The notes under the pieces: generated by a model
Seen by the model: only the letters and a program-made list of their open reading frames with translations
Told to the model about the DNA's origin: nothing
Databases searched by the model: none
Translations under genes and position numbers: made by a program
Origin: Fimbriimonadales bacterium
GTDB taxonomy: Bacteria; Armatimonadota; Fimbriimonadia; Fimbriimonadales; ATM1
Length of the DNA stretch: 64,000 bases
Assembly (NCBI GenBank): GCA_051003155.1
Contig: JBPCLO010000006.1
Location: 1-64,000 of the forward strand
Reading direction: 5' to 3'
Shown here: positions 50,167-59,200 of the stretch, one piece after another
Layout: each line of letters begins with the position of its first letter
Numbering within the stretch: position 1 is the first letter of the stretch

Positions 50167-53100
50167 AGCGCCGGCCAGCGGAGGATTCATGGACGTCTTA
50201 GCCTGGTGGCGCGAAAGCGGGAAGTGGTGGGACGGCGAAGCCGAAAAGGAATGGATTCGGTTTTTGGACGAGCACGGCAAGCTGGTCGAAGAATGCCGCG
50301 AGCTTCGTTTCGAAAAAGAAAGCACGCCATTTAAACGCGTGGCGGAGGATATTCCGACCTATACGGTGGATTATATGTTTCCGAACAGCCTTAAGCGCAA
50401 CGCCGTATCTGCGGCCAAGGGTATTTCGCCCGGTGATGGAGGGCGGGCGGTGCATTTGCATTGCTTGTCGGCGCTTTCTTTCGGCCGCAGCTCGATGCAT
50501 TCCGAGCAGATTGTGGCACTTGCGCATATTTACGGGATGAAGGCCGTCGCTCTCACCGATACATTTTCTTTCGCCGGAGTGGTCGATTTTTGCAAGGCGG
50601 CAAAAACTCTTGGAATAAAACCGATTATCGGCACGACGCTCGAAATCGATTCGGGCGGGGAGTTGGTTCTTCTCGCGGCGAGCCAGCGGGGATATCGAAA
50701 TCTTTCGCGTCTGATCACGCATTGCCACCTGAGGCAGCCGAGGCTTTTCCCATTATGGGAGGTGAAAAACCATTGGGGTGATTTGAGCGACATCGTTTGT
50801 TTGACCGGTGGACATGGCGGGCCGATTAACCGGCTGCTGATGCACAAAGAACACATCAGGGCGAAGGCGCTGATGGGTTCTCTTTTGGAAAGATTCGGCA
50901 GTGTTTATGTTGAAATCGAGAGAGCATTTCAGCCATGGGAGGTGTCGGTCAACGGTTTACTACTGGACTTGGCAAAGTCTATGGATGTGCGCGCCGTTGC
51001 CGGCGGGTCGGTTACGCATGCGGTGCGTAGCGATTTTCAGGCGCAGGACTCGTTGCTTTGCGCGGAGACGCTTTGCACGGTGGAGGAGATTATCGGGCGC
51101 AAGCCTCAGCGGCATTCTTTGCAGCCACAGGTTGCGCCGTGGCCGCTGCGTTCGATGAATTCGGAGAGGTATTTTCGTACCGCCCGAGAGACGGAAGCTC
51201 TTTTTGAGCCGGAAATGATCGAGGCTGCCTGTGAACTTGCGGAGTCGTTTCCCGACGACCCTCTGCCGCCAAAGCCGCAATTTCCTAAGTTCTGCGCAGA
51301 GCCCGAAAAATATCTGCGGGAGATCGTAATAGGAAACGCGAAAGAGCGGTATCCGCAGGTCGGCGTCGAGCATAAATATCGGATCAACGGCGAATTGAAC
51401 CGGATTTGTTCCCTGGGCTACGCGAGCAACTTTCTGGCGATTTGGGAGGCGTGCCAATGGGCGAAGAGCCAGGGGATCTTTTACAGCGCGCGGGGCTCTG
51501 CGGTCGACAGTGCGATCGCGTACTGCCTGGAGCTGACACCGATAGACGCGATCGAACACAATTTGCACTTCGACCGATTTCTGCCTGATGATGGCAGCAA
51601 AAAGCCCGATATCGATGTGGACTTCGAGGCTGCACGGCGCGACGACGTGCGTAATTTCCTCTCTGACCGTTATGGGAAAGAGCACGTGGCCACCGTTTCG
51701 GCGATTGCGACCTATCAGGGCAGAGGAATAGTACGAAAGATCGGGAAAGCGCTGATGATTCCGGACGCGACTCTTGGATATTTGGCAAAAAGGCTTCACG
51801 GTTCGGTTTCGGGACACCGGCTACGGCAAGGAATCGCCGAGAGGCCAGAGCTAAGGGATAGCGGAATTCCGATCGAAAGATTTGTTCTGCTTTTCGAGTT
51901 GGCGCAGCGGATCGACGGCCTGCCCCGGCACATGGGGGCGCATTCCTCCGGAGTCGTAATCACCGATACTCCTTTGTGCGAAACCGTGCCGATTATGGAA
52001 TCCGGGCGTGATGGCGTGCAGATTATTCAATGGGATAAATACAGCGTCAAGCATTATTTCAACAAGCTCGACATTCTGTGCCTTCGCGGGCTGGATGTGA
52101 TGGCGGGGACGCAGAGGCAGATTCGGGAATCGGGAGTGGATTTCGATTCCACGAAGATTGCGATGGACGATCAGGAGGTGTTCGAGGACTTCAGGAAAGG
52201 CAACTTGATCGGTACTCCTCAAAGCGCATCCCCTGCAATGAGGCAGGCGCATATCCGTTTGCGGTCCGAGAATCTGCACGATGTGAGCTTGGTGCAGGCG
52301 GGTATCCGGCCTGGCGTAGGCGGTGCAGTAAAAATCAATGAACTAATTCGACGTAGGAGGAGTGGGGAGAAGCATATTTATTCACACCCGTTGTTCGAGG
52401 CGATACTGGGGATCAGCTACGGTATTATTGTATTTCAAGAGCAGGTCGATCAACTATTGCAGGCTTTTTGCGGATATACGTCGGGCGAGGCGGAGGATAT
52501 ACGCGACGCGATTCACAAGCAGCGGGCAGATTCGTGGGACAAGTCGGTTCAGGAAGAGGTTTTGGCTCGGTGCGCTGCCAACGGTTTTTCTAAAGAGATC
52601 GGCGAGGAGGTGTTGGAGCTGGTTTCCGGGTTCAAAGGCTACGGCTTTGCCCAAGGGCATGCGTTGGCGTTCGCTGAGATTTCGATTCGATGTGTCTATT
52701 GCCAGCAGCATTATCCTGCGGAGTATTTCGCGGCGTTGTTGTCGAATCAGCCGGCGGGGTACTACGGGCCGGGGACCATTGCTAATGAGGCCCGGAACCG
52801 CGGGGTGCGCATTCTTCCACTCGATGTTAATAAAAGCTCGGATTCGTTTACTGTAGGGGACGGGAACATTCGGGTCGGATTGATCCAGCAGTTCTCGCTT
52901 TCGAGGAAGACACGGGAGAGAATCAGCGGGCGGCCATATACGTCCATGTTCGATTTTTGTGCACGGGTTCGGCCTGCGGCGGACGAACTAGAGAATCTGA
53001 TTCTCGCCGGCTTTTTCGATTCGCTGCATTCGAATAGGCGCGCGACGCTTTGGGCTGCACCCGACGCCGTGCAGTATGCTTCGGCCAGGAATAAGGGCGG

Positions 53101-53614
53101 TCTTTGCGACATTCCTGAGCCGGAGTTCGTCGCCGTAGTCGAGGATTTCAGCGAGTACGAGAAGGCGGTTCTGGAACGTTCGATGCTGGGTCTAGATATC
53201 GAAAAGCACTTGATGGCTTTCGAGCGAGAGAGAATCGAAGCAAAAGGTGGGATAACGTGTGCGCACGCACAGAACGGACTAAAAGACCAGGAGACCGCCT
53301 TGGTAGTCGGGCATGCCATGCGTCTGCGGTTTCCACCGACCGCTTCGGGGCGGCGGGTCGTGTTTTTCGACTTGGAGGACGAAACCGGGTTGCTCAACGT
53401 CACCTGTTTCGACGACACGTATCAGCGGGACGGCCACGCGATCATTTGTTCACCGTTTGTGACGCTAAGAGGGCTCGCTCAGGCTCGTGACGGGCATTTG
53501 GCGTTCCTCGCGCAGAGGGTGTTTCCATACAAGCCAATGATCGATAAGGACGGCTTCGCCGAACAACGTAAAGCCGTTCACTCCGAGGATTTCATCCATA
53601 GGGGAGGGCGCTGA
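50156..53614 (+). CDS. dnaE2: Error-prone DNA polymerase III alpha (DnaE2/ImuC) with an extra N-terminal module
   Basis: PHP (HLH..S..SF, ALTD), RGSA..S, PDIDVDF, HSSGVV, KLDILCL, IRPG, IVFQEQ, F.GYGF...HA, NQP.GYY, OB-fold FFDLEDETG, C-terminal SEDF. Confidence 0.93.
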   Translation: MAREAPASGGFMDVLAWWRESGKWWDGEAEKEWIRFLDEHGKLVEECRELRFEKESTPFKRVAEDIPTYTVDYMFPNSLKRNAVSAAKGISPGDGGRAVHLHCLSALSFGRSSMHSEQIVALAHIYGMKAVALTDTFSFAGVVDFCKAAKTLGIKPIIGTTLEIDSGGELVLLAASQRGYRNLSRLITHCHLRQPRLFPLWEVKNHWGDLSDIVCLTGGHGGPINRLLMHKEHIRAKALMGSLLERFGSVYVEIERAFQPWEVSVNGLLLDLAKSMDVRAVAGGSVTHAVRSDFQAQDSLLCAETLCTVEEIIGRKPQRHSLQPQVAPWPLRSMNSERYFRTARETEALFEPEMIEAACELAESFPDDPLPPKPQFPKFCAEPEKYLREIVIGNAKERYPQVGVEHKYRINGELNRICSLGYASNFLAIWEACQWAKSQGIFYSARGSAVDSAIAYCLELTPIDAIEHNLHFDRFLPDDGSKKPDIDVDFEAARRDDVRNFLSDRYGKEHVATVSAIATYQGRGIVRKIGKALMIPDATLGYLAKRLHGSVSGHRLRQGIAERPELRDSGIPIERFVLLFELAQRIDGLPRHMGAHSSGVVITDTPLCETVPIMESGRDGVQIIQWDKYSVKHYFNKLDILCLRGLDVMAGTQRQIRESGVDFDSTKIAMDDQEVFEDFRKGNLIGTPQSASPAMRQAHIRLRSENLHDVSLVQAGIRPGVGGAVKINELIRRRRSGEKHIYSHPLFEAILGISYGIIVFQEQVDQLLQAFCGYTSGEAEDIRDAIHKQRADSWDKSVQEEVLARCAANGFSKEIGEEVLELVSGFKGYGFAQGHALAFAEISIRCVYCQQHYPAEYFAALLSNQPAGYYGPGTIANEARNRGVRILPLDVNKSSDSFTVGDGNIRVGLIQQFSLSRKTRERISGRPYTSMFDFCARVRPAADELENLILAGFFDSLHSNRRATLWAAPDAVQYASARNKGGLCDIPEPEFVAVVEDFSEYEKAVLERSMLGLDIEKHLMAFERERIEAKGGITCAHAQNGLKDQETALVVGHAMRLRFPPTASGRRVVFFDLEDETGLLNVTCFDDTYQRDGHAIICSPFVTLRGLAQARDGHLAFLAQRVFPYKPMIDKDGFAEQRKAVHSEDFIHRGGR

Positions 53615-53639
53615 TGGAGTAGAATCCGGAGCGTACGCC

Positions 53640-54083
53640 ATGATTCACTACCTAACGATCCAAGATGTCCTGTGGATTAACCACGAGGTTACGAAGCAAG
53701 TAAATCAGTACAAATTCGCACAGCTCGAGGAGGCCACTTTTTATCAATATGGCTACGGAAAGAGCAAGGATGTTTTAGGCCAGGCCGGCGGTTTTCTTGA
53801 AGGATTCATTAAGCTGCGCCCTTTTACCTCAGGGAATCGCGCCACCGCTTTTGTCAGTGCCCTCTCGTTCCTTAAAATCAACGGATACGACGTGGATCTC
53901 GCTCCCGAGGCGGCAGCGGAATGGGCGTTAAAAGTTGCGAATCGGGAGAAAAAAGGTGTCGCCGCCATCAACGAAATCACCGACAAAGACGCAGGACCCG
54001 TCGAACTCAAGCCAGCTATTAGGACCGAAGTCCACAATATTATGGACCGCTACGAAGATGCAGTCGTTATGCTTTCGGATTAG
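53640..54083 (+). CDS. Fic/Doc family protein with a degenerate catalytic motif
   Basis: IHYLT..DV..I, RPFTSGNRATAF (cf. HPFxDGNKRTA), FLKINGY. Confidence 0.8.
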   Translation: MIHYLTIQDVLWINHEVTKQVNQYKFAQLEEATFYQYGYGKSKDVLGQAGGFLEGFIKLRPFTSGNRATAFVSALSFLKINGYDVDLAPEAAAEWALKVANREKKGVAAINEITDKDAGPVELKPAIRTEVHNIMDRYEDAVVMLSD

Positions 54084-55330
54084 TTCATCGGGCTGAACAA
54101 AGGCGTCCGGAATTTCCCTTTGCCTTGCGTGATGTTCTTTTCGCCGCCTCCGCTTTGCTGCACCGTGTAAATATCTCCATCCTTGATAAAGGCCAGGTAT
54201 TCGCCGTCGGGACTCCAAGAGGGTTCGGATACGTTCCCACTGGCTACGATATCCGCCTTTCCGACGCCTCCTCGTTCGATGGGGGCGATCAGCAACCCTA
54301 TGGTTGTAGTTTTCTCACCGCTCTTTTGTTTTGCCACAAGCGCTACTTTCGTGCCGTCGGGCGAGATTGCAGGCGACTCCATGAACTGATTTCCGTCTTG
54401 CGAAAAAAATATAGGCGTCAGCTTCGCTTCTTTCAGGCCCGCAATAAAAACGGCATGCACGAAATCCCGCGTGACACTGCCGTCCGGCTTCAGTTTCTCT
54501 TTCCGTATCGCGGATAGGATCGGATAGCGGAAGTTGATCACGGCTACCACTGCTTGTGGAGCCGTCGGGTGCATCGCGATATCGATGGTCTCGCCGGCAA
54601 CTGGCGCCATTGCGAGGGCATCCTTTTCGTCCGCCGGCTCCATGTCTTGGATGACGAATGCCTGTCCCCGATTCGTTGCGTAGCTTCCTGCGAAGTATTT
54701 GCCGGATCGATCTAGGTAGCCGGCCGTGAACGCCTCCCCTTCGAGTGCCTTTGAAACGATGTTCCAAGCAACGGTGATTGGGTTGTGGGTCTCGCCGGGC
54801 TGGTGAACATGGTCGCCGCTCTCACCTTCCGTAGACTGCTCTTCGCTCGGTGGCATCACGCGAGAAGTTACTAGTTTAGGATAGGTCGTGGACAGGATAT
54901 CTCCTTGGCTCGAGTACATGAAGGCCCGCCCCCCCAAGGTGAACCAAGGGTTTTGACGGCCGGCGCCACTCGGCGTGAGTTGAGTCGCATCGTTATCGCG
55001 GTCGGGCAGCCATTCGAATATCTGGTAGGAGCCATTAGGAGCGCGATTCGAAACGAAGAGGACGCGCCTCCCGTCGCGCTTCCAAACAATTTCCCTGTCG
55101 TCGGCCTCCTCACCGCCGGCGAGTTCGCTGACCGCGCCCTTCGGGTCGATCGAAACGAGTCGGTATGTGCTTCCCGTTTCCTTAAGGGCTGCGATGTACC
55201 CTTTGCTATCGACAGCTGGAAAATCGGCAAGAGGCAAGCCTTGTGGGCGGCTTCGCAGCCAAATGGCGCCGGCCACCAGCAGGCCGGCGGCGATAGCGAG
55301 CAGGATCGACCGCACGAGAACTCGATTCAT
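54080..55330 (-). CDS. Membrane-anchored TolB-like / PD40 beta-propeller protein
   Basis: N-terminal TM; repeats W.RDG.RVLFVSNR, PAISPDGTKVA, PSWSPDGEYLAF, PLFSP. Confidence 0.8.
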   Translation of the reverse strand: MNRVLVRSILLAIAAGLLVAGAIWLRSRPQGLPLADFPAVDSKGYIAALKETGSTYRLVSIDPKGAVSELAGGEEADDREIVWKRDGRRVLFVSNRAPNGSYQIFEWLPDRDNDATQLTPSGAGRQNPWFTLGGRAFMYSSQGDILSTTYPKLVTSRVMPPSEEQSTEGESGDHVHQPGETHNPITVAWNIVSKALEGEAFTAGYLDRSGKYFAGSYATNRGQAFVIQDMEPADEKDALAMAPVAGETIDIAMHPTAPQAVVAVINFRYPILSAIRKEKLKPDGSVTRDFVHAVFIAGLKEAKLTPIFFSQDGNQFMESPAISPDGTKVALVAKQKSGEKTTTIGLLIAPIERGGVGKADIVASGNVSEPSWSPDGEYLAFIKDGDIYTVQQSGGGEKNITQGKGKFRTPLFSPMN

Positions 55331-55371
55331 TCTAATGGTAAGGTACCTGACAGGTATTCTAAGGTACAGAA

Positions 55372-56628
55372 ATGAGTCTGTTCGACGAGTCGGCAAAGAC
55401 CGAGGAGAGTGGGCCTCTCGCCGCTCGATTAAGGCCGCAGCTGCTCGAAGACTTCGTGGGACAAGAGCACCTTTCGGGTCCCGATTCCCCTTTGCGCGGC
55501 GCCATCGAGCGGGGTGCGCTCGGCTCCGTTATCTTGTGGGGGCCGGCGGGCACCGGGAAGACCACGCTGGCGCGTATCATCGCCCAGAACGCAGATGCCC
55601 GGCTCGAATCGCGTAGCGCAGTGACCTGCGGCGTAGCTGAAATTAAGAAAATCGCCGAGGCCGCACGGCTGTCTCTTCGGCCGACGCTGCTATTTCTCGA
55701 CGAGATCCACCATTTCAGCCGAACCCAGCAAGACTCGCTTTTGGGTTATGTGGAGGAGGGGACTCTTACGCTGATCGGAGCGACGACGGAGAACCCGGCA
55801 TTCAGCTTGGCGACCTCCCTGATGTCCCGCTGTCGGGTGTTGGTTTTGAAGCCACTTCGCGACGCGGATATCGAGACTATCGTCGGTAAGGGGCTCGATG
55901 TGCTCGATGTGGAGATCGGGGACGACGCCCTTACGCAACTGTGCCGTTGGGCGAACGGCGATGCCCGCACCGCTCTTAACGGCTTAGAGTTGTCCGCTCA
56001 GATCGCGTTCCCGGGCAACACGATCCGATCCGAGCACATAGCCACGGCGATGAATAGGCCTGTGACGAGGTACGACCGCAAGGGCGACCAGCATTACGAC
56101 GTAATCTCTGCGTTCATCAAGTCCGTGCGGGGAAGTGATGTGGATGCCTCCTTGCACTACTTGGCGCGAATGATCAAGGCAGGCGAGGAGCCGCGGTTTA
56201 TTGCGCGGCGAATTGTCATTTTGGCCAGCGAAGACATCGGCAACGCAGCTCCCATGGGGCTGCTCGTGGCGATGGCGGCCCTCCACGTTGTAGAGAGAAT
56301 TGGAATGCCGGAGGCACGAATCTCCTTGGCTCAGGCTACGATTTTCTTGGCAGCGTCACCCAAATCGAATTCGGCTTACCTGGCCATCGACAAAGCCCTT
56401 GACGATCTCGACGACAAGCCCGCGCCGCGCGTGCCTGACTATTTGAGAGATCCTAACACGAAGATCTACGAAGAGGCAGAAGGCGAATACCGGTACCCGC
56501 ACGATTTCGGCGGCTGGGTCGACCAGGAGTATCTGCCAGACGCTCACGGGCTCGACCTGCCTTACTACCGGCCACTTCGCCAAGGATACGAATCTAAGAT
56601 CGCCGAGTTCCTAGAAATGTTAAAATAG
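55372..56628 (+). CDS. rarA: Replication-associated recombination protein A (RarA/MgsA)
   Basis: PLAARLRP, WGPAGTGKTT, DEIH, GATTENP, YD..GDQHYDVISAFIKSVRGSD, ASEDIGNA, PKSNS. Confidence 0.95.
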   Translation: MSLFDESAKTEESGPLAARLRPQLLEDFVGQEHLSGPDSPLRGAIERGALGSVILWGPAGTGKTTLARIIAQNADARLESRSAVTCGVAEIKKIAEAARLSLRPTLLFLDEIHHFSRTQQDSLLGYVEEGTLTLIGATTENPAFSLATSLMSRCRVLVLKPLRDADIETIVGKGLDVLDVEIGDDALTQLCRWANGDARTALNGLELSAQIAFPGNTIRSEHIATAMNRPVTRYDRKGDQHYDVISAFIKSVRGSDVDASLHYLARMIKAGEEPRFIARRIVILASEDIGNAAPMGLLVAMAALHVVERIGMPEARISLAQATIFLAASPKSNSAYLAIDKALDDLDDKPAPRVPDYLRDPNTKIYEEAEGEYRYPHDFGGWVDQEYLPDAHGLDLPYYRPLRQGYESKIAEFLEMLK

Positions 56629-56940
56629 TAGAAGCTTCCACCAGCCGAAATAATCCGCGAGCGAACTCGCCGATCAACGGTATTGACCGAAGTCAAGGAA
56701 CGTCAAAAATTTGCAAAACATTCGAGTTGCCTCGTCTGCTGCGGCTTTCTGGGTCCCCGCTCTTGCGAGCTACCAAATCGGTGGCAAAAGCCTCTGAAAT
56801 CATAGTACCAACAGAAAAGCCAAAAAGCAAGCGAATGTTGTGGTTCTTTCGCCGCGGTTTTTCTCCTGACACCTTTCCCACATCTTATGCACAGGTCGGC
56901 TCCGGGAACTCCGTCCAAGGTCGTTTGAGTAGCTAGCCAC

Positions 56941-58428
56941 ATGTACTGTGCCCTCTATGTTGCGCGCACATGCGCGATCGCCTTCGTCGTCGCCTCATCG
57001 GTCGCGTTTGCACAGTATTCCGGTTCTGCTCCGGTATCCGCGCCGTTTAAGAAGGGATTCGACAGCATCACCCAAGAAGACTGCAAGAAGTGGCTGGAGG
57101 TGCTCGCCGGCGAAGAGTGCGCGGGCAGAGGCACGGGTCAGCCGGGATATCAAAAGGCCGCCGACTACATGGCTGCGCGCTTTAAGGAGTTCGGCCTCAA
57201 GCCGGTCGGCGATAACGGCACATATTTCCAACAAGTTCCTTTTGAGCAAAGGCGGATGAACCCTGAACAGAGCACCATTTCAATCGGATCGAAAGCCATC
57301 AAGGCGTCGGCGGGGTTCAAGCTCGATCGCCTCCATGGAAGCGCAGAAGCGAGAGGACCTATTGTGTTCTTTCGCGCGAACGGCAACGGAGTTTCGCTGC
57401 CACATGCGGACGAAATTGCAGGCAAGATTATTATCGCGGCCATCGGGTCTGACGCGACGGGCATTCGTCGAGGACTCACCCGATCAGCCGCCGCAGCCGT
57501 CCTTTTCGTAACTAAGGAAGCGATCGACAACGAGTGGACATTCGGGCGGCAATCCTCCGGACAGGGAAACCAGCGAAGCCTCCAAGGGCGGGTGAGTCAG
57601 AAATGTGCCAATGACCTTGCCAAGGCCGCCGGGATCAACACAGAGTTCGTCGATCTTGAAAGTCTGGCAGGCGAAACGATCGAACTGTCGGGAACTAGCC
57701 AAGAAGCGAAGCTCGTTGCCAAGCTCGAAGAGGTTCCTGTGGGTGTACCCAATGTGGTTGGCTTGCTCGAAGGCTCCGACCCGGTCCTGAAGAGTGAGAT
57801 CGTCGGAATCGGCTCGCACTTGGATCACCTCGGCAAGCAGGACGGTGTTATCTACTACGGCGCGGACGACGACGGGTCTGGCTCCACCGCGCTTTTGGCC
57901 GTGGCGAAGGCTTTCTCCAAGAGCCCTAAAAAGCCGAAGCGCAGTATCCTTTTCATGGCCTTTTGCGGCGAAGAAATGGGGCTCATCGGTTCCGGCCACT
58001 ATTCGGATCATCCCATCTTTCCGAACGACAAAATGATCTGCGAGCTGCAAATGGACATGGTCGGGCGAAACGAGCAGAAGGATGTGGAAAAGCCCGAAGA
58101 TAACGTGGACACGATTCACCTGGTGGGCAGCAAGAAACTTTCGACCGAGCTGCACGACCTTGTACTCGAGGCCAACAAGCACGTGAATTTCAAGTTCGAG
58201 TGGGACGAGGAGGATGTCTACACGCGAAGCGACCACTACATGTTCGCGAAGGTCGGGATTCCGATTGCGTTCGTGTTCAGCGGCTTCCATCCCGATTATC
58301 ACCAGCCGTCCGACACGATCGAAAAGATCAACTTCGAGAAGATAGCGAACACTGCGAAGCTGTACTACTTGGTGGCAGACATGGCTGCCAACCGCGAACA
58401 GCGTTTCAAGATCGACGGAAAGGGCTAA
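56941..58428 (+). CDS. Secreted M28 family peptidase with PA-like insert
   Basis: Signal peptide, GRGTG..G, HLDHLG, GADDDGSG, GEEMGLIGS, DMVGR, RSDHY.F, HPDYHQPSD. Confidence 0.92.
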   Translation: MYCALYVARTCAIAFVVASSVAFAQYSGSAPVSAPFKKGFDSITQEDCKKWLEVLAGEECAGRGTGQPGYQKAADYMAARFKEFGLKPVGDNGTYFQQVPFEQRRMNPEQSTISIGSKAIKASAGFKLDRLHGSAEARGPIVFFRANGNGVSLPHADEIAGKIIIAAIGSDATGIRRGLTRSAAAAVLFVTKEAIDNEWTFGRQSSGQGNQRSLQGRVSQKCANDLAKAAGINTEFVDLESLAGETIELSGTSQEAKLVAKLEEVPVGVPNVVGLLEGSDPVLKSEIVGIGSHLDHLGKQDGVIYYGADDDGSGSTALLAVAKAFSKSPKKPKRSILFMAFCGEEMGLIGSGHYSDHPIFPNDKMICELQMDMVGRNEQKDVEKPEDNVDTIHLVGSKKLSTELHDLVLEANKHVNFKFEWDEEDVYTRSDHYMFAKVGIPIAFVFSGFHPDYHQPSDTIEKINFEKIANTAKLYYLVADMAANREQRFKIDGKG

Positions 58429-59180
58429 GCCAGCCCGATCACGTTGCCGGCTTGGTGCGCGCGGAGAATCCGAGCCAAGCTCTTTTCATCGACGTCTCCG
58501 GATGGAATGACGACTGCAAGCAATCCTCCACCACGGTCGAGGTTCATAACGAGTTCCTGAACGCGGACTTGCGGCAGCCCCTTATGCTGGAGGGCCCCGC
58601 TTAAGGTGAGGCGATCCGAATCTAAGAGAAGTGCGGAGATCTCGCCGCTTCCGAGAATGACGCCGACATCTTGAACTGGTTGAGCGGGCAAAGCCGCATA
58701 GATCCCGGCCGCGGCTCCGAACTCCATCCCCTTGATTGCTCCTCCGTCTGACCGATCCGCGATATCGGTTCTCGAGACGTAATCACTGCTGGTTTCGGTT
58801 AGATCGCCGATTTCCCCCTCGCGCCGATCCACCGGGCCGCCGGGGTACATCAGGTCCTCGGCAACCGATTGCCCGTCGTCCATCTCGCCTACGTTGGAAA
58901 CATCGTCATCGGGAGTCGAGGTGCTTATACCACCGCCGATCGGGGATTCGTGCAGAAACGGTTCGCGATCGGGGTCGACGAACGCGTCGGTGCGATCTAT
59001 CACCAGGTCGCTCTCGAGGTGAAGCGGCATTCCGGGATCGTCGAGCGAGGACATCCGATCGTCGGATATCCCGCCGAGAACTAGGCTTATGTTTTCCGGC
59101 GGAACGCCAAGGTCCAAGATTTCGGACGTGGCTGCTTCGGCCGCGTGGCTGGATGGGAACGACGCGTAGTAAGTGGGCAT
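58425..59180 (-). CDS. Hypothetical general-stress-protein-like (YflT/glycine-zipper-like) protein
   Basis: YASF....AE.A...L...G...ENISLV N-terminus, acidic linker, GGAIKG...GAAAG, GAL...GLP...L.RGG.LLAV; TAGAAT 7 nt upstream of ATG 59180. Confidence 0.6.
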   Translation of the reverse strand: MPTYYASFPSSHAAEAATSEILDLGVPPENISLVLGGISDDRMSSLDDPGMPLHLESDLVIDRTDAFVDPDREPFLHESPIGGGISTSTPDDDVSNVGEMDDGQSVAEDLMYPGGPVDRREGEIGDLTETSSDYVSRTDIADRSDGGAIKGMEFGAAAGIYAALPAQPVQDVGVILGSGEISALLLDSDRLTLSGALQHKGLPQVRVQELVMNLDRGGGLLAVVIPSGDVDEKSLARILRAHQAGNVIGLA

Positions 59181-59200
59181 CGCGTCCATTCTACGCGCCC

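Noticed and set aside
56630..56940. Small ORFs or ncRNA between rarA and the M28 peptidase
   Set aside because: No recognisable motif, RBS or stable structure could be supported
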